Source: a virus. From it: DNA of 64,000 nucleotides. The stretch covers positions 26,029 to 90,028 of the IMG/VR virus record IMGVR_UViG_3300044655_002353; one strand, written 5' to 3'. Of the stretch, positions 37,661 through 48,503 are shown one piece after another. The notes under the pieces were generated by a model. That model made no database searches. It was not told where the DNA came from and saw only the letters and a program-made list of their open reading frames with translations. Position numbers and translations under genes: made by a program. How positions within the stretch are numbered: position 1 is the stretch's first letter; every line of letters starts with the position of its first letter.

Positions 37661-38098
37661 ATGACTTATCAAATAAAACATGCTGATACTTCGGTCGCAG
37701 ATATACCTCTTGCGCCGCTTACTACAGATGATACTTCAACTTCATTGACCTTTGTTGGTCGTGGAGTTCCAAATCATGGGCAAATACATCAAACAAATTT
37801 TTTGAAAATACTTGAAAACTTTGCTTCTGATACTGCGCCTCTTCATCCTGTTTACGGACAACAATGGTACAGTAAGACGCTAAAACAACTGAAAGTCTGG
37901 GATGGGACAGCTTGGATACTTTCACAGTCTTGCGCATGTCAGGTTGGTCCAACTGCTCCAACTTTTATCGCAAAAGGTCAAATGTGGTATAATACTACTA
38001 CAAGCATGTTGATGGTGCAGATAGGAAATACTGCAGGAACTTCTAAATGGGTTACCGCAATTGATGAGAGCTTGTTATACTTAGCACTTCTCATGTAA
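37661..38098 (+). CDS. Virion structural protein (tail/baseplate-associated repeat domain)
   Basis: TSLTFVGRG...NFLKILENFAS.TAP.HP..GQ.WY pattern common in jumbo phage structural proteins; AATAAATA promoter. Confidence 0.6.
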   Translation: MTYQIKHADTSVADIPLAPLTTDDTSTSLTFVGRGVPNHGQIHQTNFLKILENFASDTAPLHPVYGQQWYSKTLKQLKVWDGTAWILSQSCACQVGPTAPTFIAKGQMWYNTTTSMLMVQIGNTAGTSKWVTAIDESLLYLALLM

Positions 38099-38131
38099 TT
38101 CGCAACACTTATTTCTGGAGTATCTTTTCAT

Positions 38132-38761
38132 ATGTCAATTTTAGTCGCAGTTAGCGGAACTCACGGTTCTGGAAAATCCGCAATTCTTGAGGGATTATCA
38201 GCAAATTCTCAATTTACAGTAGATACATTCAAAGTATCTCGTGCTGTTCAAGAAGAACTCGGTGTAGAAAATCTTCAAGAAGTATTGACATCTTTCTACA
38301 AAATGAAAGATTATCAAGAAAAAGTTTTTGAATACAAATGGAGTCATGATAGTGCTTTAGCTAAAGCAGAAGATTCCAAACTCGTTTTGACTGAAAGGTC
38401 ATTCTTCGATATTGCAGCTTATACTGAGATTTGGGTATCTCGTCTAAATAGAACTTCTGAAGCACAACGTACCTGGTTTGCAGATTTCAAAGCAAGATGT
38501 ATTGAAGCTCAACGTATCTACAACGGGTTAGTCATCGTACATGCTCATCCAAACATTCCATTTGAACTTGACCCGAATCGTGCTGATGAACAAAGTAGAG
38601 CTCAATTTGAAAACTTGCTGATTTCATATTCTACTTTATATGGTGATGCTATACGTCGTCCAGCAACTAAGAACTTTTATGCTAAGTTGGATGTCTTCTG
38701 CGAAGGAAGAACAGAACGTGTTGAACTTGTTACTGACTTTTTGAACCATTTACATTCGTAG
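38132..38761 (+). CDS. P-loop nucleotide kinase-like protein
   Basis: VSGTHGSGKS Walker A; ERSFFD motif. Confidence 0.7.
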   Translation: MSILVAVSGTHGSGKSAILEGLSANSQFTVDTFKVSRAVQEELGVENLQEVLTSFYKMKDYQEKVFEYKWSHDSALAKAEDSKLVLTERSFFDIAAYTEIWVSRLNRTSEAQRTWFADFKARCIEAQRIYNGLVIVHAHPNIPFELDPNRADEQSRAQFENLLISYSTLYGDAIRRPATKNFYAKLDVFCEGRTERVELVTDFLNHLHS

Positions 38762-38812
38762 CAACACCTGATATAATTGAACCTATACTACTTTTATTAG
38801 GTTTAACTTTAT

Positions 38813-39418
38813 ATGACTTTGCAACTTTATACATCTCGTGCCCCTAAGTTAGGTCTTTGCCTTGACTTTGAGACTTCAGGTTCAACGTGGGGCGGTGATA
38901 GTTCTATTGACCATCAAGCACTAAGTTTGGGTATGGCAGTGTTCAACACTCGAACGTTAGATGTTGTGGATTCTCTCTATCTTGAGATGAAGTTTGATGC
39001 AAGCCGATACAAATGGTCTGCTGAAGCTGAAGCAATACACGGACTTTCACAAGCATATCTGGAAGAACACGGGCTGTCTAACGAAGATGCGGTTGTGCAA
39101 ATTGTCGAATTTTTGTTGAAGTATTTTGGACCTAATCCGGAAATCATGGTCATGGGTCACAATGTCGATTATGACTTATTGTTTATGCGTCAGATGTTAG
39201 TTCCACATAACATGATGTTTCATGTTCATAATGTGAAGATTGATACTGCAGGTGTTAGCTTTGTCAATTTTGTGACATATAAATCAGACCACTTGTTCGA
39301 AATAACAGGAGTTGGCGACCGTGATACACATAATGCATTGGCTGATGTGTTCATGACAATTGCTGCTGTAAAGTTTATGCGAGACTTAGTTGAGATGGCT
39401 TTAACTGATGGTAATTGA
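38813..39418 (+). CDS. DEDDh 3'-5' exonuclease
   Basis: LDFETSG, GHNVDYD, HNALAD motifs; own TTTACA-17-TATAAT promoter at 38749-38777. Confidence 0.85.
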   Translation: MTLQLYTSRAPKLGLCLDFETSGSTWGGDSSIDHQALSLGMAVFNTRTLDVVDSLYLEMKFDASRYKWSAEAEAIHGLSQAYLEEHGLSNEDAVVQIVEFLLKYFGPNPEIMVMGHNVDYDLLFMRQMLVPHNMMFHVHNVKIDTAGVSFVNFVTYKSDHLFEITGVGDRDTHNALADVFMTIAAVKFMRDLVEMALTDGN

Positions 39419-39608
39419 TAAAGATTTATGTTATGTCTATGACGGTTTAGAAGTCCGTCAAACTGGTCGAACGGCAGTTAAAACTATTGGCAAAAATCTG
39501 CGAGCTAAAGAGCAGACTATAGTTGAAATAACTCCTGCTCTTGATGCAGGTTTATGGTTCAAATGGGTAAGACCTGAAGACCTTTATGTAATACATCCAT
39601 CAGAATAA
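39408..39608 (+). CDS. Small hypothetical protein
   Basis: 66-aa ORF coupled to its neighbours. Confidence 0.55.
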   Translation: MVIDKDLCYVYDGLEVRQTGRTAVKTIGKNLRAKEQTIVEITPALDAGLWFKWVRPEDLYVIHPSE

Positions 39609-39610
39609 TA

Positions 39611-40768
39611 ATGGCTGCAAATAAAAAATTCGTTACTTATAAATGCAATACATGTAATAGAACAAAAGATGTTGAGGCTTCGTCTTTACACAGCTTCATA
39701 AACCTATGTTCAATTACTTTGAACTGTAGTGGGAAGTTATTACCTATAGCTACTAAAAGTTTGCGTAATGTTTTGGCTTCTGCCCCTGTCGACGGCGTTC
39801 CTGATTGGATTTCTCGTTTTGAAATTAGTAGAAATCAAACATCTTCAACTATAAATAGTTCTGAACAAAATCTTTATGTTACTTTAGCATCTTCTAGTTC
39901 TTTGGCTTTATCTTTAGCAGTCAAACGTCAAAATCCGTCAATAAACAACAATCCGTCTTCTTTATCAATTTCGTTTGCTACTCAACAATCTGAAGTAAAT
40001 ACTTTTGATGAATTTACATACTTTATTTCTTCTACTTTCAATTCTGTTTCTGGCCCTGACTCTACATCAAGTAAAAAGGTTTTGCGATTTACATCTTCAG
40101 ATATTGTAAAAGTTTTTTTGAATGGAGTTGAATTAATTGAAGGAACGCTAATCAATGATTATAGATTAAACTATAATGGTCAAAATGGTTATCAAGTAGT
40201 TTTCAATACTTCTTATTCAATTAGTTCAGTAGTAAAAGTAATAGTTTATCAAAATCAAAATATTGTTTTATCTAATCCAATAACTTTTACTCGTAATACT
40301 TTATTAGTTTCTAATTTAGAAAATCAAACTTCATGGACAAATGTTTCTACTATTGAATATGGAAATGATACTTATGATGTTTATACATGTTTAGATACTT
40401 TATCTTTACCTGCTAATCAAATTTTGAATTTGTATCCAAATGGAAATCATTTTTCAAGCAATGTTATTTACACTGATTTGAATAACTTTAGATTTTTATT
40501 AGCGTATCCTCCATTTTCTGTTATTGATAGAATTTATTCAGCTTTTGTTGATTTTAATAATCTTTCAGATGTAGATTATCATTTACGACTTTATTCAAAT
40601 AATGGCTCTATTACTTTAGAAGTTTCTAAAAATTCTATTTCTTACGTTAGCTTTGCCCCTTTAATACATGTCGCTGATGATAACTTAGAATGGTTATCAT
40701 CAGCAGATGTCATCACGGATGATACTTCGTTAATTCCTAACAATCCAAAAATCATCGGCCCAATATAA
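39611..40768 (+). CDS. Hypothetical protein, Ser/Asn-rich, with N-terminal Cys motif
   Basis: 385-aa ORF; CNTC...C...C at the N-terminus. Confidence 0.6.
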   Translation: MAANKKFVTYKCNTCNRTKDVEASSLHSFINLCSITLNCSGKLLPIATKSLRNVLASAPVDGVPDWISRFEISRNQTSSTINSSEQNLYVTLASSSSLALSLAVKRQNPSINNNPSSLSISFATQQSEVNTFDEFTYFISSTFNSVSGPDSTSSKKVLRFTSSDIVKVFLNGVELIEGTLINDYRLNYNGQNGYQVVFNTSYSISSVVKVIVYQNQNIVLSNPITFTRNTLLVSNLENQTSWTNVSTIEYGNDTYDVYTCLDTLSLPANQILNLYPNGNHFSSNVIYTDLNNFRFLLAYPPFSVIDRIYSAFVDFNNLSDVDYHLRLYSNNGSITLEVSKNSISYVSFAPLIHVADDNLEWLSSADVITDDTSLIPNNPKIIGPI

Positions 40769-41260
40769 ATGTTCTTTTATACTATAGAAGCGTTTCAACC
40801 GTTTCTTGAACGGTTATTGCCTGGAATTTCATGCGATGACTTGTTTAAGGTTACCGTTATCTCAAATGAGTATCAATATGATATGTTTGCTATAGAAGCA
40901 GCAGAAGAAGCTATAAATGAATTGCTTCTAACTGAAGAACAGGAATTTTTATCTATTGAGTTTAATCCTGATTTCTATCCTGCAGCAGTTGCATATGGCG
41001 AAGATACCGATGAAGAGGAAGAAGAACTAATCAAAGAACTAGAACTCCAAGAATTAGGTGAAGAAGATGATAACCTATTTCAAATTGCATTAGATGGATT
41101 ACCTCGAACAGAAAGAGATTTAACTATCAATGACTATATTCAATTAACTTACGTATTAGCTGATGAAGAAATGCATGCACTACAATTACGGCTTAATATA
41201 GTAACTACACCTGAAGCAGCTGAATTGATTGATTTCGATACTAATAGAACGGTGCATTAA
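40769..41260 (+). CDS. Acidic hypothetical protein
   Basis: 163-aa Glu/Asp-rich ORF. Confidence 0.6.
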   Translation: MFFYTIEAFQPFLERLLPGISCDDLFKVTVISNEYQYDMFAIEAAEEAINELLLTEEQEFLSIEFNPDFYPAAVAYGEDTDEEEEELIKELELQELGEEDDNLFQIALDGLPRTERDLTINDYIQLTYVLADEEMHALQLRLNIVTTPEAAELIDFDTNRTVH

Positions 41261-41261
41261 A

Positions 41262-41684
41262 ATGATACAAGATATAGATAATAGATTCTTTTCATTTGTA
41301 GTTAGTTTAGAATTGAAGAAACCTTCATTTGAACATCATGAGTTTATCAAACTATTCAATGGTGTTAATGCAACTATAGAAAGTAATGGATTCAATGATT
41401 ATAAAGAATGTGTTACTTCTTGCAATAAGTTTTTTAACGAATTGGCTGCAGACCTTAACGAGTTGAATCATTCATTGAAACATTTACTTGCGTGGGAATC
41501 AAATCCTAAAACTAACTCTGGTGAATTACCTCATATTACACCTGCTAACGAATGGCTTGAAGGCGAGCTCGTAAGACTTTACCTTGTAGTCAATCAACAA
41601 GGCCCAATCAACAACAGCAATCTTGACCCGGTTGTACGGGGTTCAATCTTTACTGGCAAACGAGACACTTCTACATCTTGTTAG
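41262..41684 (+). CDS. Hypothetical protein
   Basis: ORF; start reassigned to the ATG just after the upstream stop. Confidence 0.55.
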   Translation: MIQDIDNRFFSFVVSLELKKPSFEHHEFIKLFNGVNATIESNGFNDYKECVTSCNKFFNELAADLNELNHSLKHLLAWESNPKTNSGELPHITPANEWLEGELVRLYLVVNQQGPINNSNLDPVVRGSIFTGKRDTSTSC

Positions 41685-41752
41685 CATCACTTCTACATAA
41701 AAGTGTGGTATAATAATTTTTTGTTCAACATCACATAAAAGGCATAAAGCAT

Positions 41753-42055
41753 ATGGCAGCTAAAGAGAAAAAACAAATCGTATCAATTGAATCTATCTTG
41801 GCTAACCCAAGTGACAAGTCTAAGTTAATGACGTTCTTGGATGAAGCAGTTCGTTGTAAGCTTCGTATTGCGGACGAAATGGAAGCAATCAAAGGCTTAC
41901 GTGAAGAAGCAACTGAAAAACTTGGACTTGAATCAAAGCTATTCAATCAATTGGTCAAAGTGTCTTTCAACAACTCTTACATCGAAACCAGAGCTGAAAT
42001 TTCAGCACTTGAAAGTGCAATCGAAATCTTATTCCCTGAATCTGATTCTCAATAA
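41753..42055 (+). CDS. dsDNA-binding protein (T4 DsbA-like)
   Basis: EAVRCKLRI...IKGLREEATEKLGLESKLFNQLV resembles T4 DsbA; TGTGGTATAAT extended -10 upstream. Confidence 0.65.
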   Translation: MAAKEKKQIVSIESILANPSDKSKLMTFLDEAVRCKLRIADEMEAIKGLREEATEKLGLESKLFNQLVKVSFNNSYIETRAEISALESAIEILFPESDSQ

Positions 42056-42063
42056 GGACATTA

Positions 42064-44925
42064 ATGTCTAATCCTCAAGAAAATAATTCATCTTATATTG
42101 GAGTCTGTAACGACTACCGAAGTGATAAGATTATTGCTTGGGAACGGACCTCACTGGGAGGTCCTAGGACCTCCCAGACATATACTCCTCCTCGCTATTT
42201 CTTTGTTGAAGACGAAGATGGACCATACAATTCAATGTATGGTACTCCTCTAAAAAAGATAGTTTTTGACACCAAAGAAGAATACGAAGCAGCTAAGAAC
42301 ATCTTCAAACTAAAGTTTGAAAGTGATATCAATCCTGTTCAACGTATTATGATGGATGAGTATTATGGCCGTCCTGTTCCTAAAATTCACTTTGCGTTTT
42401 TTGACATTGAATCAGAAGTAATGAAGGGAAGAGGGTTCTCGAAACCTTCTGACCCATTTGCTCCAATCAATGCAATAACCATTTACAAACAATGGCTTAA
42501 TAAGTTTGTATGTATTGCGGTTCCACCATCATTTATTCCAAATCTTGAAACTACTTGGACTAATGGTTTAAACAAGTTTCCAATCAAAGTCGAAGATTAT
42601 GATTACGACCCAATTGATTGCGACTTAATTCTCGTTGAATCTGAAGTAGAATTGTTGAGCATCTTTCTCGATGAATTGGAAGATATTGATTTTATTTCAG
42701 GATGGCATTCTGAGTTTTATGACTTGCCATATATCTACAAACGAATCGAACAGCTATTAGGTGATAAGGCTACTTTACGATTATGTTTTCCTGGTGCGGG
42801 AAGACCTCGTGAAAAATTGGTTGAACGATATGGCAAAGAAGAACTAACTGTCCAGTTACAAGGTAGGACTCACCTTGACTATATGGACATGTTCAAGAAG
42901 TTTACATTTGAAGGACGAGAAAGTTATACTTTGGAAGCAATTGCATCTGAAGAAGTAGGTGCTTCTAAACTAAAGCATGAAGGTTTAGAAAAGCTATATC
43001 GATTAGACTTTGTTAAGTTCATCCATTACAACATTATCGACGTTGTTCTTATTAAGTTGCTCAATGAAAAGTTTAGATTCGTTGAACTTGTCAATCAAAT
43101 GGCACATGAGAATACTGTTCCATTTGAAGCTATACTTGGTACAACTAAGTATGTTGATATGGGTATCTCCAACTTTGCGATTAACAACATTGGGGTTAGG
43201 GTAAAAGATAAAGATTCCTATGTAGTAACAGGTAAAGTCGAAGGTGCTATCGTTATGACACCTCGAATAGGATTACATGAATGGGTTGGTTCAGTTGATA
43301 TCAACTCGCTATATCCTTCAACTATTCGTAGTCTTAATATGTCACCTGAAAAGGTTATAGGTCAATTTGATACTGACGAAACGATTGAAAGATTGTTTAT
43401 TGAGAATCCTGAATTTGCTGAAGCTGTAGAAAAAGCAGAACGAGCAGGTATTGATACTATTTCTTTTATCAAATCAACTGCTAAAGAAGCGGATTGGAAA
43501 GGTATTCGTGATGAAGATAATCATCCGCATACTTTACATTTTGTAAATGGTGAAGAATCTCTAACTCTAACTGGTAAAGAATGGAAAGAAGTTCTGCTTG
43601 AACAAAAATGGGCTATCTCTGCTTATGGAACGGTATTCGACCAATCTTCAGGTAAGGGTATTGTGCCTATGCTTTTGGAATCTTGGTATTCTGAACGTAA
43701 AAAGATGCAAGCAGAGAAAAAGAAATGGACTAAGATTCTCAAAGAACTTGAAGGAAAAGATTCTTCTGACCTAAACGAAGCAAAGATTCAAGAAGCTCAA
43801 TATGAACTGCTTCAGCTAACTAAGAAAATCTCACTCAATTCACTTTATGGAGCATTATTAGCGAAAGGTTTCCGCTGGGCATTCAGAGAATGGTTAGGAG
43901 CTTCAACTACATATTGTGGTCGAGCTATTACTTCGCATATGATTTGTTTTGCAGGTCATGCATTGACTAATAACAATGTCATTCTAACTAAATCATATGA
44001 AGTTGAAGGTGGAGATAAGGCTAGAATATCAAATGTCTATACAACTGATAATGAAGCTATTATCTATGGAGATACTGATAGTGCGTATTTCAAAACCTTT
44101 GCATCAACTAAAGATGAAGCAGTAGAAATAGCTGATGCTATCGCTGATGAAATCAATGATAGCTTTCCTCAGTTTATGAGAGATTCTTTCTGTTGTCAGC
44201 CAGGATTCGATACTTTGATTGCAGCAGGTCGAGAAGTAGTTGCAGAACGTGGATTATTTCAAGCTCGTAAAAAGTATATGTTGAAAGTTGTCGATTTAGA
44301 TGGCTTTGCTACTAATAAGATGAAAGCTATGGGTTCGGAGATTAAGAAATCTGATACTCCAAAAATCATTCAAAAGTTTCTAAAGAAAACTGTTGATATG
44401 ATTCTAAATGGTGATTCTTATGATGCTCTTGTAGAATTTGTGAATAACGAAAGAAGCAGATTGTTCAAAGGTGATATTGATTCCGAAGATAAACTTCTTT
44501 TTGGTATTTCTAAAGCAGCAAACAATCTTGAACTAATGACTCGTGCATATGACGCTGAACTTGCAGGAAAACCGATGTTGAATGCGAAGGGTAAAGGTAA
44601 GCTGACAATCCCTGGTCATTGTCGTGCGGCAATCAACTTCAATAAACTATCAACATTGTTTGAGGGTGCTGACGGGTTCCAGATAAGCTCTGGTGATAAA
44701 GTCAAAATCTTTGAATTGAGACCTAATGACCATAACTTTACAAGTATTGCCATTCCTGCTGAAGCTGAAGAGTTTCCATTTTGGCTTGAAGAAGAATTTG
44801 AAATCGATTTCAAAAAGACTGAAGAAAAATTGATTACTGCTAAACTTGAAGGTATCTTTTCAGCTTTAGGAAAAGAAGTTCCAACACCATTTAGTGCTCG
44901 TGTCAATAAACTTATGGTCTTTTAA
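42064..44925 (+). CDS. Family B DNA polymerase (gp43-like)
   Basis: FDIES (ExoI), YNIID (ExoIII), DINSLYPS, KISLNSLYG, YGDTDS, KKY motifs. Confidence 0.95.
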   Translation: MSNPQENNSSYIGVCNDYRSDKIIAWERTSLGGPRTSQTYTPPRYFFVEDEDGPYNSMYGTPLKKIVFDTKEEYEAAKNIFKLKFESDINPVQRIMMDEYYGRPVPKIHFAFFDIESEVMKGRGFSKPSDPFAPINAITIYKQWLNKFVCIAVPPSFIPNLETTWTNGLNKFPIKVEDYDYDPIDCDLILVESEVELLSIFLDELEDIDFISGWHSEFYDLPYIYKRIEQLLGDKATLRLCFPGAGRPREKLVERYGKEELTVQLQGRTHLDYMDMFKKFTFEGRESYTLEAIASEEVGASKLKHEGLEKLYRLDFVKFIHYNIIDVVLIKLLNEKFRFVELVNQMAHENTVPFEAILGTTKYVDMGISNFAINNIGVRVKDKDSYVVTGKVEGAIVMTPRIGLHEWVGSVDINSLYPSTIRSLNMSPEKVIGQFDTDETIERLFIENPEFAEAVEKAERAGIDTISFIKSTAKEADWKGIRDEDNHPHTLHFVNGEESLTLTGKEWKEVLLEQKWAISAYGTVFDQSSGKGIVPMLLESWYSERKKMQAEKKKWTKILKELEGKDSSDLNEAKIQEAQYELLQLTKKISLNSLYGALLAKGFRWAFREWLGASTTYCGRAITSHMICFAGHALTNNNVILTKSYEVEGGDKARISNVYTTDNEAIIYGDTDSAYFKTFASTKDEAVEIADAIADEINDSFPQFMRDSFCCQPGFDTLIAAGREVVAERGLFQARKKYMLKVVDLDGFATNKMKAMGSEIKKSDTPKIIQKFLKKTVDMILNGDSYDALVEFVNNERSRLFKGDIDSEDKLLFGISKAANNLELMTRAYDAELAGKPMLNAKGKGKLTIPGHCRAAINFNKLSTLFEGADGFQISSGDKVKIFELRPNDHNFTSIAIPAEAEEFPFWLEEEFEIDFKKTEEKLITAKLEGIFSALGKEVPTPFSARVNKLMVF

Positions 44926-45016
44926 TAATCATATTTTTCAAACAATATATAACACATATGATAAAAATAGTGTTATAATACATACACATAATACATAAAC
45001 ATAGGACTATAAACAT

Positions 45017-45751
45017 ATGAAATTGACCGCAACTGATATTACTAACTTAAATAACGTTATCAATGTCTGCTCTTTAGTTGGCATTGATATGCTTTTACTT
45101 GATGCATCTGGGGATACTCCTCGTTTATCAGGAATCAATTCCGATAGAACTTGTGTTGTTATCACTGAAGATAATATCCCTGTTCTTGAATCAGGAACTA
45201 AGTTAGCACTTAAAAAACTCAAGGTATTGAAACAACGTTTAGATTTGTTCAAAACTGACCCTCAACTTTCAATTGAACTAAAAAAGAAAGCTAATGGTGA
45301 TGTCAATGATTTGGTATTGAAAGGTTCAAAAGCTTCTTCTCAGTATCGTGCTGCTAATATCAATAGTGTGCAATGCCCAAAAAGCATTGACGATACTCCG
45401 TTAAAAACGATTAAGATGACTCGCGATGAAGTAGCACTGTTCTTAAATGCTGAAAAAGCAATGGGTTCTAAAAAGATTACTATTGCTATCAAAAAAGGCG
45501 TGAACGTTAGTATTGAACTATCAGATGGCGGCAATGATTTATTCTCAATTCCATTAACAACTTTGGCCGAAGATATTAGCGATGACCCACAAGATACTGT
45601 CATTTCATATTTCCATACTGATGGATTTTCTCCATTAGTTCGTGCTGCATCAGTAGAAAACGAATTAGTTGCAATCGATATATATGAAGCTTCTGCTAAA
45701 ATTGTTGTAAATGGATATGTTCTTACAATGATTTCTCCAATTGATAACTAA
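45017..45751 (+). CDS. DNA sliding clamp (gp45/PCNA-like), putative
   Basis: 244 aa, two-domain alternating pattern, immediately after the polymerase. Confidence 0.55.
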   Translation: MKLTATDITNLNNVINVCSLVGIDMLLLDASGDTPRLSGINSDRTCVVITEDNIPVLESGTKLALKKLKVLKQRLDLFKTDPQLSIELKKKANGDVNDLVLKGSKASSQYRAANINSVQCPKSIDDTPLKTIKMTRDEVALFLNAEKAMGSKKITIAIKKGVNVSIELSDGGNDLFSIPLTTLAEDISDDPQDTVISYFHTDGFSPLVRAASVENELVAIDIYEASAKIVVNGYVLTMISPIDN

Positions 45752-45754
45752 AAT

Positions 45755-46117
45755 ATGAATAGCTCAATAAGCACCGCAAGCTTAAACGATTATGCAGTAT
45801 TGAATGAAATACTGCATACGACCCAACAAGAAAATGCTCGACTTCGTGAAGAACTGGAAAAGTATAAACCAGGCCTTTTTATGTCTATCAACACTGATGA
45901 CAAAAGCATTACTGGAAAAATTACACATCTCGGCAAAGTGTTGGCCGTAACGATGCCACAAATTGATGTTGATTACAATGATGCAAACAATAAAGCTTTA
46001 TTGTTTGCAGATGAAATGTGTAAGATACTTCATCAGTATATTGTCGATGAAATTAAACCCATCTTAGTAAAAGCTGATGCAAACATTGAACAGCTTAGGA
46101 AGAAAGGCATATGGTAA
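45755..46117 (+). CDS. Hypothetical protein
   Basis: ORF in operon. Confidence 0.55.
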   Translation: MNSSISTASLNDYAVLNEILHTTQQENARLREELEKYKPGLFMSINTDDKSITGKITHLGKVLAVTMPQIDVDYNDANNKALLFADEMCKILHQYIVDEIKPILVKADANIEQLRKKGIW

Positions 46118-46503
46118 AGTTCCTAAACTGGTTAGTTGAAAAACTAATGTCAAGACGTAAGAAACCTTGGGCACGATTGGTTTTGAATGGTATAAGCAAG
46201 ACTAATGAAGTTAAGTTTGAAGTTGCTTATAATAAAGCTTTTATTCGAAACTTAGATGCTCAAGGTTTGACTGGTGCTAATGATGAAGAGACTGTTCAAA
46301 ACTTTTTGTTTGGTACATTCATGGCTCCTAAATCGATATTTGATGAACTTGATGGTTTGTACGAAGAATCCTCAGTTGAATCGAACTCGCATCCTAACTT
46401 ATCAAGTGAAGCTTCTGACGCAATGAAAGGTTTTAGATTTAGAGATGGTAATGCAAAATCCCCATTAGCGGCTGGTATAGCTTCTACATCTAAAGGAAAA
46501 TAA
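46111..46503 (+). CDS. Hypothetical protein
   Basis: ORF in operon; KPW..., FEVAYNKAFI.NL...G..G.NDEE.V pattern. Confidence 0.55.
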   Translation: MVKFLNWLVEKLMSRRKKPWARLVLNGISKTNEVKFEVAYNKAFIRNLDAQGLTGANDEETVQNFLFGTFMAPKSIFDELDGLYEESSVESNSHPNLSSEASDAMKGFRFRDGNAKSPLAAGIASTSKGK

Positions 46504-46506
46504 CGA

Positions 46507-46833
46507 ATGTTGCGTACGGTGAATGACGTTCAATATAAAGACTTTCTTAAAGAGCTTTTTGAAATGATTTCGGTGATTCATAATCCGGATTCCGATGAAG
46601 CTCTTGTAGAAGCAACCATTCAAAAGCTAGACATTACATTGAAAATTGCAAAGTTCTTTGTACATGCTCAGCCAGTCTTAGTGACCATTGGGTACTTGCG
46701 AACTACATTTGTACTCCGAAATAGATTACAATATTGGCAACCCCTTTTAGATGAAGCACATTATCGTTTTAGCATAAAGTTCAAAGAATATAAAGTCAAA
46801 TCTCTTCTACGTGGATTATCTGATAACATATGA
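46507..46833 (+). CDS. Hypothetical protein
   Basis: ORF in operon, ATGA overlap with the RNase H gene. Confidence 0.55.
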   Translation: MLRTVNDVQYKDFLKELFEMISVIHNPDSDEALVEATIQKLDITLKIAKFFVHAQPVLVTIGYLRTTFVLRNRLQYWQPLLDEAHYRFSIKFKEYKVKSLLRGLSDNI

Positions 46834-47801
46834 AATTACTAATCATTGACGTTCCAAACTTATTCTATCGTACAGTGTCAGCTCATTCCAACAAGTATGG
46901 TGGAACAGCTGAAGATAAAGCTGGATTGGCATTACATTCTTGTTTGATTGGTATGAACAAGTGGTATAACACTATAAAGCCAGACCAATTAGCTGTAGTG
47001 TTTGAAGGCAATAAAAACTGGCGAAAAAGCTATACTGCTAGCAATGATTGCAAATCTAAAGTTCTATATAAGGGGAATCGTGTTAAAGACCCAAGTATGG
47101 AACACTTGTATGAAGTCATCAACGACTTTGAAAAATTAGCACGAGAACATACTTCTATCGTTTGCCTTTCTGCACCTGAATTAGAAGGCGATGATTTGAT
47201 TGCTGGAGTGGTTCAAAAGTATTCTACTAACGGTGATGAAGTGGTTATTTTGTCAGGTGATAAGGACTTCAAACAACTCCTAAAACATTCAAAAGTATCA
47301 CTTATCAATCCTGATGACGGAAAACCTCGTCAGTGTGATGACCCGGAATTCTTTATGTTTGAAAAAGCAATTCGTGGTGATACTGGTGATAATGTAAGGT
47401 CTGCTTTCCCACGAGTAAGAGTGACAAGATTGGAAAAAGCATTCAAAGACCCGTATGAAATGACACTTCTAATGAATGAAACTTTTCAAGGTATTGACCC
47501 AGTAACACAAGAACCTAAAGAGTTTATCGTACGTGAGTTATTTGAAGAAAACAACTTGCTAATGAACTTGGAAAAACAACCATCTGAAATTCGTCAAATT
47601 ATTGATGAAACAATTGAACATGGTTTTAATACTCATGGTAAGTTTTCGCTATTTGCATTTACAAAGTTTTTAGGTCAGCATGGTCTAAAACAAATAGGCG
47701 ATAACTCTCAAAAGTTTGTCAATCTGTTAAGCTGCAGACCAACTTCTTCAACTCAATCTACAATATCAACATCTGGTAAACGTGGTATTCTAACATTCTA
47801 A
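46830..47801 (+). CDS. rnh: T4-type RNase H / 5'-3' flap exonuclease
   Basis: IIDVPN, WRK, YKGNR, LEGDDLI, SGDKDFKQL, GDTGDNV motifs. Confidence 0.9.
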   Translation: MKLLIIDVPNLFYRTVSAHSNKYGGTAEDKAGLALHSCLIGMNKWYNTIKPDQLAVVFEGNKNWRKSYTASNDCKSKVLYKGNRVKDPSMEHLYEVINDFEKLAREHTSIVCLSAPELEGDDLIAGVVQKYSTNGDEVVILSGDKDFKQLLKHSKVSLINPDDGKPRQCDDPEFFMFEKAIRGDTGDNVRSAFPRVRVTRLEKAFKDPYEMTLLMNETFQGIDPVTQEPKEFIVRELFEENNLLMNLEKQPSEIRQIIDETIEHGFNTHGKFSLFAFTKFLGQHGLKQIGDNSQKFVNLLSCRPTSSTQSTISTSGKRGILTF

Positions 47802-47947
47802 ATATGATGATTTTTCCTACTAATAAATAAGATTAGAACATAAACTGACATTTATGTTTGTTTTAGTAAAAATACTTATAATCTTATAAAAGAATAATGA
47901 TAGGTTTATAGTCGTTATTCTATTTCCATATAATAGGAGAAATCTAA

Positions 47948-48424
47948 ATGGCAACTGCACCAAAATCAGTCAATACCGCATCAACTGGACCAGTCTCTTC
48001 CGGCAAAATTGAGATGAAAGCTACAAACATTCCTCATATCTTCATGATTGACATCGATGATTCTGGTATGTATCGCGAGTGTGCCGTCGTAAAACTTTTT
48101 GAAGATGGTTCAATTGCTTATGTTCAAATTGATACACTTCATCCAATTGATAAAGCAAGATTGAAAAAAGTTGTAACTAGCATTCATGCTGACAAATATC
48201 CATTGTTTGAACTTTTGTCACAAGCTAAGTTCAGTAACGGTCTTAACGCACTTGATTACATTCACACTAACTTTGTGAAAATCAAAAGACCAAAAGGTGC
48301 GTCTATGACATCTAACAGCATCCTTTCAACTAGTATTTTCAAAGATGCTGACCACATGATTGGCGCAGACTTTGTCAATCCTGCAGAAGCAATGTTAGAC
48401 CAGAACACAAAAACGTTCGCATAA
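47948..48424 (+). CDS. Hypothetical protein
   Basis: AGGAG RBS; 158 aa. Confidence 0.65.
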   Translation: MATAPKSVNTASTGPVSSGKIEMKATNIPHIFMIDIDDSGMYRECAVVKLFEDGSIAYVQIDTLHPIDKARLKKVVTSIHADKYPLFELLSQAKFSNGLNALDYIHTNFVKIKRPKGASMTSNSILSTSIFKDADHMIGADFVNPAEAMLDQNTKTFA

Positions 48425-48436
48425 AAAAGAAAACCG

Positions 48437-48503
48437 TTTACATTTAGATGGACCCTGTGGTATAATAAACTAACATTTATACTACTACACAGGGTCCATT
48501 TTT
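48437..48503 (+). promoter_or_regulatory. Terminator-like hairpin with an embedded sigma70 promoter
   Basis: ATGGACCCTGTG (48448-48459) / CACAGGGTCCAT (48488-48499) plus T tract; TTTACA 48437 and TGG-TATAAT 48461. Confidence 0.65.
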